From a virus: a stretch of 64,000 nt of DNA. Below the pieces are notes generated by a model. That model saw only the letters and a program-made list of their open reading frames with translations, was not told the DNA's origin and did no database searches. A program made the translations under genes and the position numbers. Position 1 is the stretch's first letter; each line of letters starts with the position of its first letter. This document shows, one piece after another, positions 42,340 through 51,146 of the stretch. The stretch lies in the IMG/VR virus record IMGVR_UViG_3300025082_000005, positions 7,999-71,998 of that record. One strand, 5' to 3'.

Positions 42340-43785
42340 ATGGCAAGCTTTAGAACAATAGAATGGTTCTTTATCATTACTAAAACCGCAGCAAATAAGG
42401 GATTACGTTTACGTACAGGCGATAGACCTGAGACGACAACCTTTGCAGATTTGTTGCACTCTAGTACCATGAGAACAGAGTCGAAACATAGGGCCAAGGA
42501 CGACACAGGAGCGTTTAGCCCAGATAACAATGGGCATGTAGTACTCGCTACAGGGGCTCAGGTTAAAGACTATGAAGCTCAATCCGTTGATAGAAGTAAA
42601 GTAGTTGCTCCTGATCAAGTTACAGAGGTTTCTGGTAGTGCTCAAACAGTAGGAGGAACTGAGATGGCTCCAATTTCTGTTGTTAAGGACAGTGGACAGA
42701 CCCGTAGGAATAGCTTTATACTTGGGTTTGGTTCAGAGTTCTTAACCTTAATTGATACTATTATCTCAAAATTACTTCCTCCAGGAGGCACAACAGGCCA
42801 AATGCTTGTTAAATCTACAGATAACGACTATGAAACTGAATGGACAGACCAATGCTGTAACAACGTAGTAAGTAATGTTCTTTCCATCGCAGAAGATATT
42901 CCAGACGATGCAGATATTGTATGTATGTATGATACAACGTCTTTTATTGGGCAAGCGAGATCGGATGCTCAGAATTTAATGGAGACTTGGTTTACAAATT
43001 ATATCTCTTCCAAGCTTTCCTTTCAAGGGAGCTTAATTCAACTTGAAGGTAACCAAACTCAAGCAGAAGAAGCTTGGTTATTGTTGGTAAATAAATATAT
43101 CGATGAGACACAAACCTGGGAAGCTACAAGAGTACATAAAATTTGGAAGCCAGACGGCCTTGGTAGTTATACTAATGAGCCTATTGCTGCTATTACAGAT
43201 CCTGTAAATAAGAAAGCAGTAATAATTATCTTTATTGATGAAGCTAATAGTGTATACCACAGTGATACTGCTGGTTCTATGCAAGATCCACCAACACAAG
43301 CCTTTAAGGATGATTATGTTGATTTTGTCAATAACCAACATGCAAAGTTTGACTTCTTTAGAGCTATTCTTTATGGGGTGCAATCTGGAGGAGCTGCTGG
43401 AAGTACCGCTAACTTACACTCCAATGTAGTCCAATCGATCGAACTAAGTACACTGGTTGCTGCTCCATTCTCATACTCAGTAGCTAATGCTGCTGGCTTT
43501 GTTGGTACTGAACTTGATTTCATTACCGCTGATAACTTCTATGAACAAGCAGTAGATGGTGCAAGTCCTACAGGGTACGCCGGTTTACGGGATCTTGGTT
43601 GGACATATGTAGTAGATATGCCAAACGGCAGTGTAGATTCTGTAACTAATAGTCAATTTGCAGCGGATATCGAGAATGCGCTATCCGGTGGTGATGGTAC
43701 GAAGACGATTACTATCACTAGTACGATAACCTTAGAAGACGGAACAATAAAAGCAAGTACAATTAGTTTTGATGTTCCAATTTAA
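42340..43785 (+). CDS. Fibre-like virion protein with a C-terminal vWA-like domain
   Basis: GDRPETTTFADLL and LPPGGTTGQMLVKS..DYETEW fibre motifs; DIVCMYDTTS...IIIFIDEA resembles a MIDAS/vWA fold. Confidence 0.55.
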   Translation: MASFRTIEWFFIITKTAANKGLRLRTGDRPETTTFADLLHSSTMRTESKHRAKDDTGAFSPDNNGHVVLATGAQVKDYEAQSVDRSKVVAPDQVTEVSGSAQTVGGTEMAPISVVKDSGQTRRNSFILGFGSEFLTLIDTIISKLLPPGGTTGQMLVKSTDNDYETEWTDQCCNNVVSNVLSIAEDIPDDADIVCMYDTTSFIGQARSDAQNLMETWFTNYISSKLSFQGSLIQLEGNQTQAEEAWLLLVNKYIDETQTWEATRVHKIWKPDGLGSYTNEPIAAITDPVNKKAVIIIFIDEANSVYHSDTAGSMQDPPTQAFKDDYVDFVNNQHAKFDFFRAILYGVQSGGAAGSTANLHSNVVQSIELSTLVAAPFSYSVANAAGFVGTELDFITADNFYEQAVDGASPTGYAGLRDLGWTYVVDMPNGSVDSVTNSQFAADIENALSGGDGTKTITITSTITLEDGTIKASTISFDVPI

Positions 43786-43806
43786 AGTCTTAGCTTTATG
43801 AAATAT

Positions 43807-43879
43807 TGCGGGGTAGAGAAGCGGCATCTCGCCAGGCTCATAACCTGGAGATCATTGGTTCGAGTCCAATCCATCGCAA
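43807..43879 (+). tRNA. tRNA-Met(CAU), initiator-like
   Basis: D stem GAGA/TCTC; anticodon arm CCAGG-CTCATAA-CCTGG; T arm ATTGG-TTCGAGT-CCAAT; acceptor TGCGGGG/CC(A)TCGCA; CCA not encoded. Confidence 0.85.
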
Positions 43880-43949
43880 CTATACTTGAATTGTGAGAGA
43901 TTTTCAGGTAATCATAGATTAATTGTCGGTAATTAATTTAGTTAAACAG

Positions 43950-43988
43950 AAGCCATATGAGGTCCCTATCATATGGCTTTCTTTGTTT
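43950..43988 (+). terminator. Intrinsic terminator ending the late arm
   Basis: AAGCCATATGA-GGTCCCTA-TCATATGGCTT followed by TCTTTGTTT. Confidence 0.75.
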
Positions 43989-43997
43989 GAAAGGTCA

Positions 43998-44035
43998 AAT
44001 TTTAAGGGTAACGCCATTACTGACGCTACCCTTAA
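43998..44035 (-). terminator. Terminator-like hairpin ending the replication arm
   Basis: On the minus strand, TTAAGGGTAGCGTCA-GTAA-TGGCGTTACCCTTAA pairs fully (with G-U) and has a GNRA loop; starts a few nt after the last stop codon; T-tract is weak. Confidence 0.65.
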
Positions 44036-44038
44036 TAA

Positions 44039-44470
44039 TTACCCGTTCTTTACCTCAGAGACATTCACTCGAATCTCTTGAGCTTTGTTCTTAATTTCCA
44101 TCATAGCTTTACGAACTCTCGTTCCTGCTGCTGCGTTTCCTTTGTCGTAGAACTTCTTGAAGTCTGCTTCCGACTCCACTACTAGGGCTAATAATTTGTT
44201 GTACTCTTCCATTATATTATTTAATTTAAATTGATTACGTAATTTGTTTCCATACTCTATCATTCCTTTATCTATTTCTCTACAAGATAGACAAGTAGGA
44301 AGAAGGCATTGTTGAGCAGGGTTGTTAGAGCTATGCCTTACCCATTTCCTTACTCCTTCACAATAACGAAAGAGTATGAAGTCCTTTCTTTTGGGCCTTG
44401 GTGTGTCCTCTATTTCTTTAAGTAATTTATCTAGCTCTTCCCAAGTTATAGGTCTCCACGTTTTAGCCAT
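44039..44470 (-). CDS. ORF whose last 57 aa (from ATG 44212) form a histone H1-like Hc1-type nucleoid protein
   Basis: MEEYNKLLALVVESEADFKKFYDKGNAAAGTRVRKAMMEIK matches the GN.AAGTR.RK signature of Bacteroidota Hc1-like proteins; AT-rich leader before 44212. Confidence 0.75.
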   Translation of the reverse strand: MAKTWRPITWEELDKLLKEIEDTPRPKRKDFILFRYCEGVRKWVRHSSNNPAQQCLLPTCLSCREIDKGMIEYGNKLRNQFKLNNIMEEYNKLLALVVESEADFKKFYDKGNAAAGTRVRKAMMEIKNKAQEIRVNVSEVKNG

Positions 44471-45195
44471 TACCAGGTAATTTCTCTTTGTCCTGTTTCC
44501 TTCAAGAACTTATTAGCTGTTGCGAAATGATCACAACCAAAGAACCCGGCCTCCTCATGCAGAGATACAGACTCCGCTTCTGGGTGTGCTGCTTCTAATA
44601 CCAAATGAGGAGTAGGAGCATCTAAACCGTGTGTAGCTTGTAGATATGCAGACTTCGCAGCCATTCCCCAAAGTAAGAATACCTTGGGCTCTTCATCAAG
44701 AACAAGCTTACGGATAACCCTAAGTGTAAACCATTGCCATCCTATCTTCTCATGAGACAAAGGCTTTCCTTTCTCTACAGTCAATACTGTATTCAACAAT
44801 AATACACCTTGTAAGGCCCATCGTGTTAAATCTCGTTCTCGAATCAACTCTAGTCCATCGTGTACACTTGTTTCTACTTCCTTTAATATTCCCTCCAAAG
44901 AAGGCGATACATAGTAAGGATCATGAGTAGAGAAGGCTAAGCCATCTGCGACATCTGGAGTACAATCTGGATCAAGACCAATGATTACTACCTTTGTATC
45001 TTGGAATGAAGTAAGTCTAAAGGCTCTAAAGGTGTCTTCCTTTGATGGATATACCTTGACCCCGAATGCTTTCCTTCTCTTCGTTACAAATTTAGCAACC
45101 TTCTTCATTTCAGGCTGTATAAATAACTTGCCTATCTTCCTGAACCAAGAGTACCCAAGGGTGTCTCTAAGTTTCTTCTCTGCGTTTGTGAGCAT
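44470..45195 (-). CDS. ung: Family-1 uracil-DNA glycosylase homologue with altered active-site motifs
   Basis: VYPS...FRAF, KVVIIGLDPD, ADGLAFS, WALQGVLLLNTVLTV, SH...GW..FT, VFLLWG and AAHP. Confidence 0.85.
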   Translation of the reverse strand: MLTNAEKKLRDTLGYSWFRKIGKLFIQPEMKKVAKFVTKRRKAFGVKVYPSKEDTFRAFRLTSFQDTKVVIIGLDPDCTPDVADGLAFSTHDPYYVSPSLEGILKEVETSVHDGLELIRERDLTRWALQGVLLLNTVLTVEKGKPLSHEKIGWQWFTLRVIRKLVLDEEPKVFLLWGMAAKSAYLQATHGLDAPTPHLVLEAAHPEAESVSLHEEAGFFGCDHFATANKFLKETGQREITW

Positions 45196-45649
45196 CTATT
45201 ATTGCTTTAAGGTTAGGTTTACTGTAGTCTGGCCCTTTCATGACCTTACCGTCTCCCCTGTAGAGGATAAACTGATCAGGTGACTTCTCTTCATAGAAGC
45301 AATCTGGTCCATCTTGTCCGGTTCTCTCGTCGATTATGTCCTCAGCTTGTCTTCTGGTTTTACAGAGCTTACTCATATTCGAACGGTGTACTTCACAGTT
45401 CAAGTTATGCTTTAAGTCTTGTAGGCCATGTATCAGAAAACCACCGTTTAATATGTATTGAATATCCGTCAAAGCATCGGCAATCTCTACTAGATCACCA
45501 TTCAATACAGCATCAGCATATTCATCTACCTCTTCTCTTAGTAACTTGATCCTGAGAGCCATAACCTCTGCTGAGGCTAATCCAGGTGTTTCTGCTATAG
45601 GGTGACCGAAGACCCTGTGAAACTCTTCTACTTGTTTAATACTACTCAT
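45167..45649 (-). CDS. MazG-like NTP pyrophosphohydrolase (dUTPase-like)
   Basis: VEEFHRVF, LLREEVDEY, EIADALTD, EVHRSNMSK and DGKVMKGPDY; ATG at 45649. Confidence 0.85.
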   Translation of the reverse strand: MSSIKQVEEFHRVFGHPIAETPGLASAEVMALRIKLLREEVDEYADAVLNGDLVEIADALTDIQYILNGGFLIHGLQDLKHNLNCEVHRSNMSKLCKTRRQAEDIIDERTGQDGPDCFYEEKSPDQFILYRGDGKVMKGPDYSKPNLKAIIDAHKRREET

Positions 45650-45653
45650 ATAT

Positions 45654-45764
45654 TTAGTTATTATGTGCAATTAAATGAAGTACCCATATAACAGCTGCAA
45701 CAGGATACCATTGCCAAGGCATATCAAAGCCATGTATAAGGAGGCAAGCGATAAACAATGTCAT
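45654..45764 (-). CDS. Unlisted 36-aa hydrophobic microprotein
   Basis: MTLFIACLLIHGFDMPWQWYPVAAVIWVLHLIAHNN; ATGA overlap with the thyX stop; ends 4 nt before the MazG-like start. Confidence 0.5.
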   Translation of the reverse strand: MTLFIACLLIHGFDMPWQWYPVAAVIWVLHLIAHNN

Positions 45765-46855
45765 ACTGTTACGTTTTCGTTAGCCATTGTCTTTCTATAC
45801 TGGAGGAACCCTCTGAAGTTTCCACACCAGCCTTCTTCTTCTTCCCACATACCTCCTGTTTCATCAGAAGAGGGATAAGTTTGTGTATACCTGCTATACT
45901 CCCAATCGCTCATACATTGAGCAACGTGTTCGAATGGACTAGCATGCAATGGAGGCCCTTGGAGACGTTCAAACAACTTGATATCAGCCTCATAGTCATC
46001 TTTACCCTCAAAGTTTCCATAAGATACCCTGGCACATCTGGCTATAGCTATCTTGATCTTATATTCTTGAAGCATGCTATTATACATATTCGTCATCTCA
46101 CTAGGAGCAGTGGAGAACTCAGGTACAGGCACTCTATGATCTTCTATCCTATCCCCAAATGGAATATGCCACTTACCAGCTTTCAACGTTGTAGGAGCAC
46201 TCTCATTACGAGCATCCCACATAGATTCAGCTAAGGCTTGGATATGGATTTCAGCTGGAGAAGTATTGTTCTTAAGCCAATCTAAGTCTGTCCAGTTGCG
46301 AATTTCAGAGACATCGGAACCTAGAAGAGAATGTTTAAATTTCTCCATATGTGCAAGGGCATCCTTCTTGCTTCTATATTCTTGTCCAAATAGCTTATAT
46401 TTAGGACACCTAAGGTGAAAGAAGTTCTCATATTCTGTAGCTGTCACCAAGCAAGTATACCACTGGAAAGGCTCTAAGAGTCTATTAGTGAGTTGTTTGG
46501 TTGCGCCTTGTTTCATCATAGATTCAGCAGTAAGGCAACTATTATTTCTAGTCGCTAGCCATAGTCTACGAGATTCCTCAAGCTCTGCTCCTTCTAAATA
46601 GTACTTACCTTGCATTCCTTTATGTACTTTCTGGAAAGCGATGGGAATGAAGGGATCTTCCTTCACTGCTGCTATCATCTTCTCTGCTGGAATAGCTCTA
46701 CTAGATGCAGCGTTTCTACTGAACATCCTATGTGTCATTACCTCAGCATGGATCATCCTCGGATAAGTGAGAACATACGTTGTTATCCTTTGGCCAAATT
46801 CATTCTTGCTATCAGCCACAATGGTAGCCTCTATTCTTTTCTTCTTCTCTTCCAT
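45761..46855 (-). CDS. thyX: Flavin-dependent thymidylate synthase
   Basis: IHAEVMTHRMFSRNAASSRAIP, KQLTNRLLEPF, ENFFHLR, ARCARVSY and HASPFEH. Confidence 0.88.
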   Translation of the reverse strand: MEEKKKRIEATIVADSKNEFGQRITTYVLTYPRMIHAEVMTHRMFSRNAASSRAIPAEKMIAAVKEDPFIPIAFQKVHKGMQGKYYLEGAELEESRRLWLATRNNSCLTAESMMKQGATKQLTNRLLEPFQWYTCLVTATEYENFFHLRCPKYKLFGQEYRSKKDALAHMEKFKHSLLGSDVSEIRNWTDLDWLKNNTSPAEIHIQALAESMWDARNESAPTTLKAGKWHIPFGDRIEDHRVPVPEFSTAPSEMTNMYNSMLQEYKIKIAIARCARVSYGNFEGKDDYEADIKLFERLQGPPLHASPFEHVAQCMSDWEYSRYTQTYPSSDETGGMWEEEEGWCGNFRGFLQYRKTMANENVTV

Positions 46856-46911
46856 ATAAAATTATTACAGTGTTTATATTTCCCGTTTATGGTGTGGACC
46901 ATTAATCTTCT

Positions 46912-47082
46912 TCATATAATATCTTTTTCTCTTAATCGTTCTAAGACATCTTCTTCTAAGTTATCATAGAACCAATCTATGTTTTTAATACACCACTCGA
47001 CATAATCAGGATCTTCCTCTATAACATCCTCTAACATCACTCCTTGGTGTTTACCAAAAGCCATTTCTTCTCTAAGTGTCAT
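46912..47082 (-). CDS. Unlisted 56-aa protein of the FGKHxG...YxxW type (exonuclease X C-terminal-like)
   Basis: MTLREEMAFGKHQGVMLEDVIEEDPDYVEWCIKNIDWF...; ATGA overlap with the kinase stop. Confidence 0.7.
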   Translation of the reverse strand: MTLREEMAFGKHQGVMLEDVIEEDPDYVEWCIKNIDWFYDNLEEDVLERLREKDII

Positions 47083-48023
47083 AATATCTTCTTTACTTTC
47101 TCAACTAATTCTTCGATGGTACCTGAGTTCTCGATTACATGATCAAACCCCTCATAGCTATCTAAGGCGGTTTCTGATTCGTGTTCATCCTTTCTTACTA
47201 TAACATAGTCTCCATCTCGATAAATAAGATTATCGGGACCAAGATACGTAAATGCATCATACCCTCTGGCATCGTGTTCTGCAACACAATCTTTGATGAT
47301 TTCGTCCCCAAATCTATCTTTAAGCGTGTAGGTCTCTCCGATAACAGGGACAACATCTCGATTCACTCTAATCAACAAACCCCCTCTAGCCTTGATAGCC
47401 TGGGCTTCATTTGGAAACCTGACATCTGTGATGATCCATCTAGAGGCTTCTTGTCTATACTGAAAGTCAGCTCTTTTTCCATTACTTAAAATCTTACCAG
47501 GAACAAACTCTTGATAATCAGCAAACAAAGCATTTACCCAGATATTAGGATGTATGATCCGTCTACCACATTCAGTACCTAGGAGTTGAAGGAGTTTTCG
47601 AGGGGTTAACTTAATAAGATTGAGGCCCTTCTTCTCTTTAATAGTGTTATAAGGCTCAAGTCTATATTGATAACTGTCACCAATTACTATACACACTTTC
47701 CAGTACCACCACTCCTCACCAAGTTCCTTCTCTTTAAATTCTCGATCTTCTAAGTCAGCTCTAGTACATCCTATAAGTAGACAGACTATATCCTTGAGCT
47801 TATCAGCATACTTCTTGATTTGGTATTCGAAGACATCCAATTCATTAGTATACCTAATATTTGCATCATAAGTATCTAACATATGTTGCATTAATAACTC
47901 CGTAACAGGTGTAGCTGTAGATGTTAATATCTGAATAAGTCTACCTACGGTGTCTTTCCCTGAGTTTATTTTACCTGAGATACCAATTAAATTATTACCA
48001 TTCTTCATCATCTTCTTCTTCAA
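47079..48023 (-). CDS. Deoxynucleoside monophosphate kinase
   Basis: IGISGKINSGKDT P-loop, YADKLKD, PRKLLQLLGTECGR, ITDVRFPNE and HESETALD. Confidence 0.88.
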   Translation of the reverse strand: MKKKMMKNGNNLIGISGKINSGKDTVGRLIQILTSTATPVTELLMQHMLDTYDANIRYTNELDVFEYQIKKYADKLKDIVCLLIGCTRADLEDREFKEKELGEEWWYWKVCIVIGDSYQYRLEPYNTIKEKKGLNLIKLTPRKLLQLLGTECGRRIIHPNIWVNALFADYQEFVPGKILSNGKRADFQYRQEASRWIITDVRFPNEAQAIKARGGLLIRVNRDVVPVIGETYTLKDRFGDEIIKDCVAEHDARGYDAFTYLGPDNLIYRDGDYVIVRKDEHESETALDSYEGFDHVIENSGTIEELVEKVKKIL

Positions 48024-48882
48024 TTTGTTTAGTGATCCATGGAATAGGCTTAGTACCCATCAAAGGTTCCTCCTTAGGCCAACTCCTCAATAAGAAGATT
48101 AGGCGAAAGGCTTCGTGGTATTTAATTATCCCTTTATTTAAGCCATATGCGTTGACAAATTGAGTCAATACTACGCTAGGTAGTGTATTTAAATTGGCTT
48201 CGTCTACGAGCTTCTTTGCTGCCTTAGGGCCTATGCCTTTCCTGGCGATATAAGTTCCCCCTTTCTTAGGCCCTGTTTTGTACGTCTTCGTTACCCGTTC
48301 ACCGCATCCCATAATATTATCGGTAGAATCCCCAGATAGTACTTGAGCCCAAAGAAGTCGATACCCTTCATCATTACTTACATCCCGCATTTCCTTGGTT
48401 TCCCAATTCCAATGGCGTCCAGCTTTCTGCTTGATATCCTTATCCTTAGAACACATGATGAAGTCTCTACTTCCAAATATAGTAAGCGCGTCATCTGCTT
48501 CCATGTGTTCTAATTGATAGAATCCATATTCCTCTATAAAGTACTCTCGAATTTGGTGGAAGAACCTAGGCAATACAGTCTTAGGTCTATTTCCTTTATA
48601 CTCTATAGAAGATAAAGCGGTTCTGAATACCTTGGCCCTCGGAGGAGAGAAGAATCCCATGTATTCACTTGTAAGGGTTTCCCTTCGAAGTGTCTGCATG
48701 AAATCATCTATCTTTGCTTTAGTCTCATCCCAGGTTAATTCTTCAAAACTTTCGGCAGAGGAAGAAACACCAGAAGAGAACCCCTTTGAGAGGTCTCTTA
48801 CTTTCTTCTTGGAATAGGCTATTTGATACTGAATGATATCTGCATCAATTACAGCTACCTTTCCATTGCTAGAAGTTGTCAT
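47995..48882 (-). CDS. 5'-3' exonuclease/RNase H (FEN family, T7 gp6-like)
   Basis: IDADI, YKGNR, EADD, SKDKD, GDSTDNI and GIGPK. Confidence 0.88.
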   Translation of the reverse strand: MTTSSNGKVAVIDADIIQYQIAYSKKKVRDLSKGFSSGVSSSAESFEELTWDETKAKIDDFMQTLRRETLTSEYMGFFSPPRAKVFRTALSSIEYKGNRPKTVLPRFFHQIREYFIEEYGFYQLEHMEADDALTIFGSRDFIMCSKDKDIKQKAGRHWNWETKEMRDVSNDEGYRLLWAQVLSGDSTDNIMGCGERVTKTYKTGPKKGGTYIARKGIGPKAAKKLVDEANLNTLPSVVLTQFVNAYGLNKGIIKYHEAFRLIFLLRSWPKEEPLMGTKPIPWITKQIEEEDDEEW

Positions 48883-49732
48883 TTGGTAGTTTCTTAACGG
48901 TGAAGTTTCTATCTTTACTAGGCGCGAGAGCAGGAATTGCTAAATGTAAACCTTGTTTTACTAATTGATTATTAGTAATATCCACATTGTTCTTAATCAA
49001 TTCATACGAAAAGACTGCTTGAAAGTCTTGTAGCTTTTGATATTGGTAATAATGTTGCCCCATAGTTGCTTTATAGTTCTCTAATCCTGAAGAGGCTCTA
49101 CTTACTGTAATAGTAAGAGGCGTCTCTAGTTTTCCAGCTTCACTAGTTATTCTTACAAGGGTATCAGCTAAAGCACTTCCATGAAATTTATCTAGTCTCA
49201 TTTGAAGGATAGCATATGTTTTAGGATTAGTGGTAGATCTTAGAATCGCCCTTACTTTCGGAAAGATAGCGCCATAAGACTCTGCATGGTAGTATTGAAG
49301 ATCTACAAGATAACCAGTAAGTTCTTGTTTACATTCATACTGCTTCTGTCCCTTATTAAACCTAAGTGTAGGTAAGGGTTGATCTGGTGGAATAGAGTTA
49401 GACTCAGCGGTAAACAAATCTATGTAGACAAATGTCAATCCTTTGAGGTCTACAGGCTTTGCTGGTTCAACCTTCTCCACAGGGGCTTCAACGGCTAACT
49501 GTTCATGTGGTGGCTCTATCAGTGGAACCTCACCATTTACTATTAGCTCAGTAAGACCAACCAGTTTAAGGAGATCAAGTAAGAAGTAAGTAAGCTTACC
49601 ATCAATTGTTTTAAACCGTACTTCTCGATTCCCTCTTAGTTCCTTCAATATACGAGAAGGAACTAAGAGTTTAGCTTGTTCTTGGGCTACCCATAGAGGC
49701 AGTTCCTCGAACGTTAAATTCAGTGTACTCAT
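48869..49732 (-). CDS. Hypothetical protein (weak Bro-N-like N-terminal segment)
   Basis: 287-aa ORF within the operon; EVRFKTIDGKLTYFLLDLLKLVG loosely resembles Bro-N. Confidence 0.55.
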   Translation of the reverse strand: MSTLNLTFEELPLWVAQEQAKLLVPSRILKELRGNREVRFKTIDGKLTYFLLDLLKLVGLTELIVNGEVPLIEPPHEQLAVEAPVEKVEPAKPVDLKGLTFVYIDLFTAESNSIPPDQPLPTLRFNKGQKQYECKQELTGYLVDLQYYHAESYGAIFPKVRAILRSTTNPKTYAILQMRLDKFHGSALADTLVRITSEAGKLETPLTITVSRASSGLENYKATMGQHYYQYQKLQDFQAVFSYELIKNNVDITNNQLVKQGLHLAIPALAPSKDRNFTVKKLPNDNF

Positions 49733-49746
49733 TAGGTATTAATTAT

Positions 49747-50451
49747 TTATTGGCAATATTCCTTGAATAACCTTTGTCTAGTTGGGTTATTCAAGATTCG
49801 AGGATCATCCTCTTTAAGTAGTATGAATACTAGCTTTCTTTCTTCGGTAGTATCAACAGGAATAAACAAAGGTGCCGGGGGTTTACTGATGAATAGATTA
49901 TGATCATCTGGGATGACCACAGTTCCTCTAGCAAAGCCTCTTACCTTATTTCCTGTTAATACATCTTGGAAAGCTTTCCCATACATATAAAAACGATTAT
50001 CGATATCCCATAAACTCTTTCCTTCACTAAGGATGGTATCGTGTATCTCTGCTTCTAGTCGTATGGGAAAGTCACTAATATCAATAGGCTTCATTGATTC
50101 TACAAAGGGCATAAGAAAGGCCTTTATAGCTTGTAACATTACATTACGTTGTTCTTGAATAATCGTCTGGTTATAGATATCCTGACCATTGATAAGTTTG
50201 TCCCGAGGCGTACCAGCGGATTTAGGGTTTCGAAGGACTCTTAAGCCTGTCTTCATATCCGTCAAGAAGTATCGTTGCTTTCCTTCAATATTATGAGGCT
50301 TAAATTGATACTTCTCTTGGTTATGATACTTCTTTGCTTTGATCTTCTTCTTCCCAAATTCATAGTATTCGGGTCTCCTTGCGTTTTCTAAGCGTATTCT
50401 TCTAATATAAAGAGGAATTTCTACCCTTCTAAGTTCTTCCAATTGATACAT
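49747..50451 (-). CDS. RusA-like Holliday junction resolvase
   Basis: WDIDN...KAFQDVL...IPDD matches the RusA acidic catalytic pattern. Confidence 0.6.
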   Translation of the reverse strand: MYQLEELRRVEIPLYIRRIRLENARRPEYYEFGKKKIKAKKYHNQEKYQFKPHNIEGKQRYFLTDMKTGLRVLRNPKSAGTPRDKLINGQDIYNQTIIQEQRNVMLQAIKAFLMPFVESMKPIDISDFPIRLEAEIHDTILSEGKSLWDIDNRFYMYGKAFQDVLTGNKVRGFARGTVVIPDDHNLFISKPPAPLFIPVDTTEERKLVFILLKEDDPRILNNPTRQRLFKEYCQ

Positions 50452-50453
50452 TT

Positions 50454-51146
50454 CTATTGTGTTTGATATACCTTTTCAGTTATGTGCTTTGAAACAGCAG
50501 CTAGTGTCATTTCTTTAGCTATTGTACTAGTAAATGTAGGCATCCTTGCTTTACCAAACAACACATCCAAATAAGCTGCGTCCTCTATAACTGGTATATC
50601 CTTCAAAGAAGGATCAGAAATTAGGAACTCTTTATACAGCCTTGCTCCCCCTTTCCAAGGTGTTTTATTCCTAGGAAGAAGGATATCAGGGTTTATAACT
50701 AATCGAAAGGCGTCAGGCTCTACTTTTCTACCAATCCTGGAGCAAGCTAAAACATATTCTATTTGCCCCGGAGATACACATAGACAAACTAAAGGCCTAA
50801 TAACACTGTCTACTCTTAACCAATATCCATTACTCATTACTTCATTTGTTCCTACTTGTACACATTGTCCAAGAAAACCAAAGGCACTTATATATGTTAT
50901 ATCGCAGAAAGTAGCAGCAACACCATCAGTCCTATGAGAATACAGAAAGTACTCTGCTGCTTCTTGGTATGTAGTACGCCCATATACATTATCTATAGAA
51001 GGAAAGACAAAAGGAACATAAGGTCTATGCCCCTCTATATTTAAATTTAAAGCTTGTACTGGTATAAGAGATTTACGTTTACACAAAGTTTTAGGTACAA
51101 GAAGCTTCTTAGTTAGTGGCCCTCTGTGTCGTCCTGAAAGTGTCAT
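50454..51146 (-). CDS. Hypothetical protein translationally coupled to the E1 gene
   Basis: 230 aa; ATGA overlap with the ThiF stop; no recognised motif. Confidence 0.6.
   Translation of the reverse strand: MTLSGRHRGPLTKKLLVPKTLCKRKSLIPVQALNLNIEGHRPYVPFVFPSIDNVYGRTTYQEAAEYFLYSHRTDGVAATFCDITYISAFGFLGQCVQVGTNEVMSNGYWLRVDSVIRPLVCLCVSPGQIEYVLACSRIGRKVEPDAFRLVINPDILLPRNKTPWKGGARLYKEFLISDPSLKDIPVIEDAAYLDVLFGKARMPTFTSTIAKEMTLAAVSKHITEKVYQTQ

Noticed and set aside
109-43429. Many 60-150-aa antisense or alternate-frame ORFs inside late genes
   Set aside because: Nested within well-supported long CDSs, with no motifs; expected by chance from codon bias
29705-43785. Diversity-generating retroelement or invertible fibre cassette
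   Set aside because: No reverse transcriptase or recombinase in the window, and I saw no near-identical nucleotide repeats; similarities are at the protein level only
43786-44038. CRISPR array or prophage attachment site at the arm junction
   Set aside because: Only a tRNA and two hairpins; no repeat-spacer pattern, integrase or host genes
44470-48023. Dedicated DNA hypermodification pathway
   Set aside because: ThyX, a MazG-like protein and a dNMP kinase fit ordinary dTTP supply; no base-modifying enzymes were recognised in this window
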